Source of the DNA: a virus
Lineage: Duplodnaviria; Caudoviricetes
IMG/VR virus record: IMGVR_UViG_3300033559_000106
Location: 1 to 26,776 of that record
Reading direction: 5' to 3' (one strand)
Length of the DNA stretch: 26,776 nt
This document shows positions 1-6,393 of the stretch, piece after piece (positions within the stretch are counted from its first letter, which is position 1; every line of letters begins with the position of its first letter). A model generated the notes under the pieces. That model saw only the letters and a program-made list of their open reading frames with translations, made no database searches and was not told the DNA's origin. The position numbers were made by a program, and so were the translations under genes.

Positions 1-53
1 AACAGAAGCAAAACAGAAGCTAAAAATAAGCAAACCGAAAGCAAAACAGAAGG
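1..53 (+). repeat. 11-bp tandem repeats (consensus AAAACAGAAGC), at least 5 units, iteron-like
   Basis: aacagaagc (1-9), aaaacagaagc (10-20), taaaaataagc (21-31), aaaccgaaagc (32-42), aaaacagaagg (43-53). Confidence 0.75.
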
Positions 54-531
54 CAATGAAAATGAAGAATGTCTAATGAGAAATGAAAATGAAAATGAAA
101 ATGAAAATGATTCTTTTATCAAAAATGTAGATTTTTTATATTCCATTTATCCGAATGCTTGTTTTGTAAAAAATACGTCCACAAATAAAAGTTTAAAAAA
201 TAAAGATAAAATTAAATTATTATTGAAAAAATATGAATTTAACAAATTAAAATCTATTTTTGAAACTTATATTTCAGATTGCAAAAAAAATAAAACTTAT
301 ATGAAAAATTTTGCAACATTTTTAAACAATATTCCTGATTATAATTCGATGACTTTTGAACAGCCAAAAAAATTAGTTAAAAAACTTTATGTAAAATATA
401 ACTTTTTTTACCAAGTTGAAAAAAATAAATGTTTTGTAACAATGGAAAAATGGAATGAATTTTATAAAAACGAAGACGGCATAAATCAAATTGAATATTT
501 TAGTTTTGAATGGAGGGAAGAGGTAGAATGA
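1..531 (+). CDS. Putative phage replication initiator, C-terminal part (5' end outside window)
   Basis: Frame 1 is open from base 1 (NRSKTEAKNKQTESKTEGNENEECLMRNENENENEND...), so ATG 76 is probably internal. A low-complexity linker encoded by tandem repeats is followed by a small domain (FLYSIYP...YMKNFATFLNN). The stop overlaps the helicase start (ATGA 528-531). This resembles the lambda O-like initiator layout. Confidence 0.6.
   Translation, partial: NRSKTEAKNKQTESKTEGNENEECLMRNENENENENDSFIKNVDFLYSIYPNACFVKNTSTNKSLKNKDKIKLLLKKYEFNKLKSIFETYISDCKKNKTYMKNFATFLNNIPDYNSMTFEQPKKLVKKLYVKYNFFYQVEKNKCFVTMEKWNEFYKNEDGINQIEYFSFEWREEVE
82..110 (+). repeat. (AATGAA)n hexamer tandem repeat, about 5 units, encoding NENENE
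   Basis: Read directly. Two further units at 55-66. Confidence 0.85.
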
Positions 532-2354
532 CAACAAAAATAAATGGTTTTGAAATTGAAAAATTTAATCAATATGAATTAATTGAAAATTGCAAAACTT
601 CAACTTGCCCGATTTGTAGTAAAGACCGTAAACCACACAATCAAAAAGAAAAATGTTTAATGGTTGACTGGGAGAGAGGTTTAGGTACTTGCCAACATTG
701 CGGAGAGGTTATTCAATTGCACACGTTCAAATCAAAAAAAAGTAAAGAAACGAAAATTTATAAAAAACCTGAATGGCATAACAAAACAAACCTAAATGAA
801 AATATTGTAAAATGGTTTGAAAACCGCAAAATTTCGCAGTTTGTTTTAAAGTTAATGAAAGTATCGGAAGGTGTCGAATGGATGCCGCAATACAAAAAAA
901 ACGTACATACAATTCAATTTAATTACTTTTTAGAAAAAAATTTAATAAATATAAAATTTCGCACAAAAAACAAAGATTTTAAATTGGTATCGGATGCAGA
1001 AAAAATATTTTACAATTTAGATAACATAAAACTTTCAAAAGATTGTATAATTGTGGAAGGCGAAATTGACTGCTTAAGTTACATAGAATCGGGACTGTTA
1101 CAAACAGTATCTACTCCAAACGGTTCTACTTTGAAAGGAGTTAATTTAGATTATTTAGATAATTATTTTGATTACTTTGAAAACAAAGATAAAATTTACT
1201 TAGCACTTGATAATGACGAAGCTGGACAAAATGTAACAAAAGAATTAATCAGAAGACTCGGAGCTGAAAAATGTTATTTAGTCGATTATAAAGATTGCAA
1301 AGATGCAAATGAATATTTAATTAAATACGGTAAAGAGGCTTTAAGACAAACAATTGACAATGCTAAAATCGTTCCACTTGAAAATAACTTAACGTATAAT
1401 GATTGCAAAAATGAATTATACGAATATTATTTAAATGGAGCTAAAAAAGGATTTACAATTGGTTTACCTAATTTTGACAATATATTTAGCACGTACACAA
1501 AGCAATACATTGTGATTACTGGTGTACCAACGCATGGAAAGTCGGACTTCGTAGACCAGATGGTCATCGGATATTCAATTAATTATAATTGGAAAGGAGT
1601 ATTTTGTAGTCCTGAGAATGAACCTAAATATTTGCATATTGATAAACTTTGTAGAAAAATAGCAGGCTTTATTCCAAAAAATGAATTTGATTTAAAAGGT
1701 GAAAGTTGGTTAATAACTGAAACACACGTAAATGACTATTTTAATTTTATTCATTACGAAGATGGTTACAATTTGAAAAAAGTACTTTTAAAAGTCAAGG
1801 AATTAGTACAAAGGAAAGGAATAAAGTATTTTGTTTTAGACCCTTACAATAAAATTAGATTAAAAGAATCCCTAAGTAAAAATGTAAACGAATATACAAA
1901 TGATTATTTAATTGAAGTCGAAGACTTTTGTAGAAAAAACGATTTACTTTGCATTTTAGTAGCACATCCAACAAAGCAAAATAATAAATTTGACAAAGAC
2001 AAAAGTATTGATATGTATGATATTAAGGGTGGTGGCGAGTTTTATGACATGGCTCATCATGGTTTACTTGTTGAAAGGAATTTTGAACGTGAATATGTTA
2101 AAATAAAAGTTTTAAAATGCAAATTTCAAAATTTAGGAACGAACGGAGCCGAGTGTTTTTTTAAATGGAATATAAAAAACGGTAGATATACTCCAATTAT
2201 AAACGATGTTAATCAATTAGATGAACCTATTAAATTTGAATTTACGTATAATAATTTATTAATAAAAGAAATTTATAATAATAATTCTGGCATAAAATCT
2301 AATAAAGATTTTGGAGATTACGAACCAATACCAGACGAAGATATTCCATTTTAA
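528..2354 (+). CDS. Bifunctional primase-helicase (Zn finger + TOPRIM + SF4/DnaB-like helicase, T7 gp4/Twinkle type)
   Basis: CPICS...CQHCG zinc ribbon, TOPRIM motifs IIVEGEIDCLS and LALDNDEAG, KDANEYL, Walker A GVPTHGKS, Walker B FVLDPY, LVAHPTK. ATG 528 is preferred over 510 because of the ATGA overlap. Confidence 0.92.
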   Translation: MTTKINGFEIEKFNQYELIENCKTSTCPICSKDRKPHNQKEKCLMVDWERGLGTCQHCGEVIQLHTFKSKKSKETKIYKKPEWHNKTNLNENIVKWFENRKISQFVLKLMKVSEGVEWMPQYKKNVHTIQFNYFLEKNLINIKFRTKNKDFKLVSDAEKIFYNLDNIKLSKDCIIVEGEIDCLSYIESGLLQTVSTPNGSTLKGVNLDYLDNYFDYFENKDKIYLALDNDEAGQNVTKELIRRLGAEKCYLVDYKDCKDANEYLIKYGKEALRQTIDNAKIVPLENNLTYNDCKNELYEYYLNGAKKGFTIGLPNFDNIFSTYTKQYIVITGVPTHGKSDFVDQMVIGYSINYNWKGVFCSPENEPKYLHIDKLCRKIAGFIPKNEFDLKGESWLITETHVNDYFNFIHYEDGYNLKKVLLKVKELVQRKGIKYFVLDPYNKIRLKESLSKNVNEYTNDYLIEVEDFCRKNDLLCILVAHPTKQNNKFDKDKSIDMYDIKGGGEFYDMAHHGLLVERNFEREYVKIKVLKCKFQNLGTNGAECFFKWNIKNGRYTPIINDVNQLDEPIKFEFTYNNLLIKEIYNNNSGIKSNKDFGDYEPIPDEDIPF

Positions 2355-2360
2355 CATGAT

Positions 2361-2450
2361 GCGGTTTACTACTTACTTAAAAAACGAATTGAATTATAGC
2401 AAGTTGTAACAAATAAAGTAACAAAGGCGGTTTACTACTTACATAAAAAA
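2361..2450. repeat. Pair of 24-bp direct repeats (GCGGTTTACTACTTACWTAAAAAA) separated by 42 bp
   Basis: 2361-2384 and 2427-2450 are identical at 23/24 positions. Intergenic. Confidence 0.85.
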
Positions 2451-2473
2451 ATATTAATTAAAAGTTTACAAAA

Positions 2474-2854
2474 ATGAAAAAACAAAATTACATATATTAC
2501 GAGCATATTTACGGCGAAGTATATTATATAAAATGCAATATTAACGAGGTTAAACAAGATTCAATCAGCTATTTAAAATATGATTTTAAAGAAGGTAATT
2601 TGCAACATGAAATTTTAGAAAATATAAAAAACGAAAAAATATTTATTGCAAAGTATATTTTTAAAGTCAATAAAAAAATAATTGAATTGTGGTTAAAATT
2701 TTTTGGAAAACGATTATTAAAAAAATATAAAAATGGAATAGACACCAGCTTTTTGCATTTGTTTAAAAATTACTACATTGTAAATTACATTTTGATTAAG
2801 AAATTAGAAACATTAACATTTGAAAACAACGAATTAAAATTTATAAAAGTATGA
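2474..2854 (+). CDS. Hypothetical phage protein (126 aa)
   Basis: ORF with A-rich leader and ATGA overlap with the next gene. No motif recognised. Confidence 0.7.
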   Translation: MKKQNYIYYEHIYGEVYYIKCNINEVKQDSISYLKYDFKEGNLQHEILENIKNEKIFIAKYIFKVNKKIIELWLKFFGKRLLKKYKNGIDTSFLHLFKNYYIVNYILIKKLETLTFENNELKFIKV

Positions 2855-3183
2855 AATACGTAAAAGATTTATTATACAAACATCGTTCATTTATACCAAT
2901 TAAATTAAGCGAAGATGACGGCTGCGGTGATTATATTGAAGTTATATTTATAAATAGTAAAATTTATATTGAAAAAAATAAAATCTTTTTTGATATTTTT
3001 TATAAAGGCTTAGATAATGATATTATGCCAGATAATATAAAAAAATATAACGAAACAATAAAAAAACATTTAGAAATTCACGAAATTGTAAATGGTTTTA
3101 TCAAGTTTACAAAAGATGATTTTATAATGAAATTAGATATAATAATGTTTTTAACCGAATTAAAAATTAATTATGAAAAATAG
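2851..3183 (+). CDS. Hypothetical phage protein (110 aa)
   Basis: Tightly coupled ORF. No motif recognised. Confidence 0.7.
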   Translation: MKYVKDLLYKHRSFIPIKLSEDDGCGDYIEVIFINSKIYIEKNKIFFDIFYKGLDNDIMPDNIKKYNETIKKHLEIHEIVNGFIKFTKDDFIMKLDIIMFLTELKINYEK

Positions 3184-3418
3184 AGAAATAAGTTATCAAA
3201 CAAGTACAGATTACGAGAGATTATACGAATTACTAAAACAAGGCAAAATAATAATTGGTTTTGCAGCAATAAAAAATACAGAAAGTTCGAAGTTGGTAGA
3301 ATTAAATTATAAAAATGGGTTTTTTAATCTAAATATTTCTTTTAACGATTCCGATTTCGCAAAGGAAGGTTTTATTCAAACTTGCGAAGAATACAATATT
3401 AGATTTATTGATATTTAA
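3173..3418 (+). CDS. Hypothetical phage protein (81 aa)
   Basis: Overlaps the previous stop and has an A-rich leader. Confidence 0.7.
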   Translation: MKNREISYQTSTDYERLYELLKQGKIIIGFAAIKNTESSKLVELNYKNGFFNLNISFNDSDFAKEGFIQTCEEYNIRFIDI

Positions 3419-3486
3419 ACAACGTTTATGTTTAGTAGTACAAAGTATTGAAAAAAGTAAAATAATTAAAAATATACAATAGAATT

Positions 3487-3894
3487 ATGGAAGATTTAAA
3501 CAATATAGCAGCAGAGCTATTTCAAAAAATAAGCACTTATTATTTTGAACTAAAAGATTTTAGTACTGCAAAGTATTATTTTGAAAAAACAATTGAATTT
3601 AATAAGCAAGATTCAAAAATAATACCCGATTTTGATAAAATATTTAATGAATTTAAAAACAAAAGTGAATTTATTAATAGAAATTTATTAGCATACGAAA
3701 TTATGTTTTTAAAAAAACAAGCAATAAAAACACACAAAGAAATTGAATTACATATAATTGACAAATACTTTTTATTAGATGGAATGAGAGATATATTTTT
3801 AAATATGAGCGGTAAACATTTTAAAAGTGAACCGATTTATTCAGATGTTCATTACGAAAGTAAATTTGAGGTTTCAAAACGAAAATTAAATTAA
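3487..3894 (+). CDS. Hypothetical protein with a single N-terminal TPR-like motif
   Basis: AAELFQKISTYYFELKDFSTAKYYFEKTIEFN resembles the TPR consensus. Confidence 0.55.
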   Translation: MEDLNNIAAELFQKISTYYFELKDFSTAKYYFEKTIEFNKQDSKIIPDFDKIFNEFKNKSEFINRNLLAYEIMFLKKQAIKTHKEIELHIIDKYFLLDGMRDIFLNMSGKHFKSEPIYSDVHYESKFEVSKRKLN

Positions 3895-3910
3895 AAAACA
3901 CAATAGAATT

Positions 3911-4210
3911 ATGCAAACAAACGAAAATATTAGAATATATCCCAAAGAATTTAATTATAAAGTCGGAGACAAAGTAAAATTTAGAAAAATAATTCAAGGA
4001 GATATTAGTGAATTTTATCAAAAATTTCCTGAAGTTATTTTTACAGTTTTAAAAATAATTGTGCATGGTGAACCAGAAGATTCGACAAATAACAAATGGA
4101 CAGTTACGAATTTACAAAGATTAACAATAAATTTGAACACCGATTTAATTCCTGATTATTTTGAAATGTATAATGAAAATTGGCTATGCCCTCATGATTT
4201 TAACCAATAA
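3911..4210 (+). CDS. Hypothetical phage protein, possibly small SH3/KOW-like barrel
   Basis: YKVGDKVKF motif typical of small phage beta-barrel proteins. Confidence 0.55.
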   Translation: MQTNENIRIYPKEFNYKVGDKVKFRKIIQGDISEFYQKFPEVIFTVLKIIVHGEPEDSTNNKWTVTNLQRLTINLNTDLIPDYFEMYNENWLCPHDFNQ

Positions 4211-4223
4211 AAAAAGTAAAATA

Positions 4224-4613
4224 ATGAAAATATACAAAAGTTTTGAATTTGCAATGCAATATTTAAAAATAGATTTCGCAAAAGAAATGATGGTAAATGA
4301 AATTTTAAAAGACAAAAATTACAAGCATCGTTTCGTTTGTGATTATGCAATTAAAAAGGAAGGCAAAGTAGTTGCAGTTGTTGAAATTGAAGGAGGTACG
4401 TGGACTGATGGACGGCACACACGAGGCAAAGGTTTTTATAACGATTGTTTGAAATATAACGACTTGATTAATTTTATAAAACTTTTTAGATTTACTTCGC
4501 AAATGGTAGAAAATAGCCCTATGTTATTTGCTGAATACATTAAAAAAAGTATTGATAATGAAATGACTGTAAAATATTTAAGTGAATTTACAAGAAAATT
4601 AAAAAAAAGATAA
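4224..4613 (+). CDS. DUF559/Vsr-like PD-(D/E)XK-family endonuclease
   Basis: RFVCDYA...AVVEIEGGTWTDGRHTRGKGFYNDCLKYN...LFRFT motif set. ATG 4224 is preferred over 4161, which overlaps the upstream gene by 50 nt. Confidence 0.75.
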   Translation: MKIYKSFEFAMQYLKIDFAKEMMVNEILKDKNYKHRFVCDYAIKKEGKVVAVVEIEGGTWTDGRHTRGKGFYNDCLKYNDLINFIKLFRFTSQMVENSPMLFAEYIKKSIDNEMTVKYLSEFTRKLKKR

Positions 4614-4664
4614 AATAAAATTGTAAACCTGATTTTTATCATTTTTTATTAAAAATAATTGGTT

Positions 4665-4672
4665 TATCTTTG
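4665..4672 (+). promoter_or_regulatory. Bacteroidota-type promoter -7 box (TATCTTTG) upstream of the cassette region
   Basis: Matches TAnnTTTG in an intergenic position. No perfect TTTG -33 box. Confidence 0.6.
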
Positions 4673-4695
4673 TGAAAAATAAGCGTATTAATTAC

Positions 4696-4830
4696 GCATA
4701 ACGGCAAATAATACACGTAGTTGCGGGATTAAATAGTACAAACGTATCAATTAACACAAATGAATATAAATAGTAACCAAGTATCAAATTTGCACCAAAG
4801 CCCGCAATTATCGCATATTATATGTTAGCG
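4696..4830. repeat. attC-like site 1 (135 bp)
   Basis: GCATAAC-GGCAA-ATAATACACG-TAGTTGCGGG...(about 73 nt)...CCCGCAATTA-T-CGCATATTAT-AT-GTTAGCG. Confidence 0.72.
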
Positions 4831-4863
4831 GTTTTTTATCAATTTATTAATTATTAATTTATT

Positions 4864-5211
4864 ATGTCAAAGAAAAAAACAATTTTAAAAAAACAAACAT
4901 TTGTCGAGGCAATAAATGCAATAGATAAATTACATAAAAAAAACATGGATTTTGCCGAAAAAATAAGTAAATGTTTTCCAAATTCGCGTTCAACAGATTT
5001 TCTTTCTGATAACGATTTTGTTACAAATGCTTTAATCACTATTTTGCAAGAGTTATTTAACGATAAAAATGCACATAGTTGGATTGAATATTTTTTGTGG
5101 GAATTGGATTTTGGCAGAGAAAATTGGCGATTAAAAGCCACTGACGAAAATAAAAAAGAAATTCCTTTATCAAATGCAGGTCAATTATTCGATTTTCTCA
5201 ATAACCGATAA
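4864..5211 (+). CDS. Cassette 1 ORF, phage-type hypothetical protein (115 aa)
   Basis: WIEYFLWELDFG-type motif that I associate with small phage proteins. Stop TAA 5209-5211 is embedded in CGATAAC. Confidence 0.8.
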   Translation: MSKKKTILKKQTFVEAINAIDKLHKKNMDFAEKISKCFPNSRSTDFLSDNDFVTNALITILQELFNDKNAHSWIEYFLWELDFGRENWRLKATDENKKEIPLSNAGQLFDFLNNR

Positions 5212-5343
5212 CGAAAAACAACTACCCGCAGTGCAGGGATTTGAAATGCAAATGTTTCAAAATTAGCAATAAAAGTTATTTTTTTATTCAAAGGCATAAA
5301 TAAACCACAAAAGCCCTGCATTGTCGGGTGTTGTATGTTATGC
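5206..5343. repeat. attC-like site 2 (138 bp)
   Basis: CGATAAC-GAAAA-ACAACTACCCG-CAGTGCAGGG...(about 75 nt)...CCCTGCATTG-T-CGGGTGTTGT-AT-GTTATGC. Confidence 0.72.
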
Positions 5344-5371
5344 CTTTTTTATCAATTAGTTAGTTAATAAA

Positions 5372-5737
5372 ATGAAAAATAAAATAAAAGAAATTACTTA
5401 TGAATTTGGTATAATTAGTATTATCGCACAAGGCAAGGGTGGATTACTAATAAAATACAGAAAATTAGCAAAGCAAGCAGCAATGTATTTATCTGAATTG
5501 AGAAACAAAGATATAAAATGGTATCAAATATACCCAAAAATTTATTTACATTCATATGGTTATTTATCATTTTACGACAATCAATTTATAAATGCGACCG
5601 AGGAAGAGATGGAAAACACTTTTAAAGACTTGGTAAAAAAGCAAAAATTAGGTATTTTAAACGATACTAATATGTTATTTTATCAAAAATATAAAGGGAA
5701 TAAATTATACGAAGTATCTTGTTTTGACAAGGCATAA
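5372..5737 (+). CDS. Cassette 2 ORF, hypothetical protein (121 aa)
   Basis: Stop TAA 5735-5737 is embedded in GCATAAC. No motif recognised. Confidence 0.78.
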   Translation: MKNKIKEITYEFGIISIIAQGKGGLLIKYRKLAKQAAMYLSELRNKDIKWYQIYPKIYLHSYGYLSFYDNQFINATEEEMENTFKDLVKKQKLGILNDTNMLFYQKYKGNKLYEVSCFDKA

Positions 5738-5754
5738 CATATATTATACGCACC
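5729..5754. other. Terminal half-site of the array (AAGGCATAACATATATTATACGCACC), attI-like candidate
   Basis: Has the TAAC box, but I find no downstream complementary arm. Its reverse complement CGTATAATATATGTTA matches the right arm of site 1 (CGCATATTATATGTTA) at 14/16. Confidence 0.5.
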
Positions 5755-5768
5755 TAATTGCATTAAAT

Positions 5769-6001
5769 ATGTATGTAACTTACATATTGATAGGATTTAA
5801 AGATTACGAAATTGTAGATAAAATTTTGTATAGAAAAGAGTATGTTACCAAGTCGGTTAGTTGCAAATGGCAATATAGAAAGCGAAGAAAATAAATAGAA
5901 CTTACAACAACGGTGTGAAAGGTTATTATTTGATAAAAAAGGGGTGTCGTAAGTTTTATTCTTTGAAAAAATTAAAACACAAATTAAAAAAAGTTTATTA
6001 A
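5769..6001 (+). pseudogene. Small basic NUMOD4-like protein gene split by a -1 frameshift (about 77 aa when joined)
   Basis: 5769-5894 MYVTYILIGFKDYEIVDKILYRKEYVTKSVSCKWQYRKRRK* continues in the -1 frame as INRTYNNGVKGYYLIKKGCRKFYSLKKLKHKLKKVY* (to 6001), with no ATG of its own. Confidence 0.55.
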
Positions 6002-6002
6002 A

Positions 6003-6176
6003 ATGGAAGAAAAAGTTGAAATTACCAAAAAAGAGTATGATTTTTTATTGAAATTAAAATCTTATGTAGTACAAATGTACCAATGTGAAAGTAGCGATGC
6101 AGGCGATTATTATTATATAATTCGTGAAAACTGCCCTGAGTTAGAAATAGAAATCGAATCAGGTATCGAAGATTAA
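6003..6176 (+). CDS. Small hypothetical phage protein (57 aa, not in ORF track)
   Basis: MEEKVEITKKEYDFLLKLKSYVVQMYQCESSDAGDYYYIIRENCPELEIEIESGIED*. Starts 1 nt after the previous stop. Confidence 0.65.
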   Translation: MEEKVEITKKEYDFLLKLKSYVVQMYQCESSDAGDYYYIIRENCPELEIEIESGIED

Positions 6177-6227
6177 AAATAATTGAAAAATAAATGCTAA
6201 AAAGTTTTTTATATAAAAAAAGTTTTT

Positions 6228-6235
6228 TACATTTG
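6228..6235 (+). promoter_or_regulatory. Bacteroidota-type promoter -7 box (TACATTTG) for the tRNA
   Basis: TAnnTTTG match 10 nt upstream of the tRNA 5' end. Confidence 0.7.
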
Positions 6236-6245
6236 CAAAATAAAA

Positions 6246-6318
6246 TGTGGGGTGGAGCAGTTGGTAGCTCGGCGGACTCATAATCCGCAGGTCGCAGGTC
6301 CAAGTCCTGCCCCCGCTA
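6246..6318 (+). tRNA. tRNA-Met(CAT), initiator-like variant
   Basis: Cloverleaf: acceptor TGTGGGG/CCCCGCT, D stem GAGC/GCTC, anticodon stem GCGGA/TCCGC with CAT at 6279-6281, T stem GCAGG/CCTGC. Has a 1:72 mismatch and A11-U24 as in tRNA-fMet. CCA is not encoded. Confidence 0.9.
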
Positions 6319-6393
6319 CAAAATTTCTCAATTGTTCTGTTTCCATACGTTTGATTTTTTAGTTCATGATTAATTTTTTAATTTATTATTTTG

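Larger units (their letters stand above)
4696..5738. mobile_element. Integron-like gene cassette array (two cassettes, attC-like sites, no integrase in window)
   Basis: Two long imperfect hairpins bounded by TAAC...GTTA alternate with single ORFs whose TAA stops lie inside the next TAAC box. Outer boxes pair across each ORF (9/10 and 10/10) better than within each hairpin. Confidence 0.7.

Noticed and set aside
4696-5357. Hairpins followed by T6 read as ordinary intrinsic terminators
   Set aside because: The stems enclose loops of about 75 nt, the T tract is separated from the GC-rich stem, and terminators would not explain box complementarity across each ORF.
4696-5738. CRISPR array or MITE/IS interpretation of the repeats
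   Set aside because: Units are over 500 bp and contain ORFs, repeat sequences diverge while structure is kept, and no transposase or target-site duplication is visible.
6022-6303. Minus-strand 93-aa ORF (MDLRPADYESAELPTAPPH...)
   Set aside because: Typical shadow translation of the tRNA antisense strand, and it overlaps a better + strand ORF (6003-6176).
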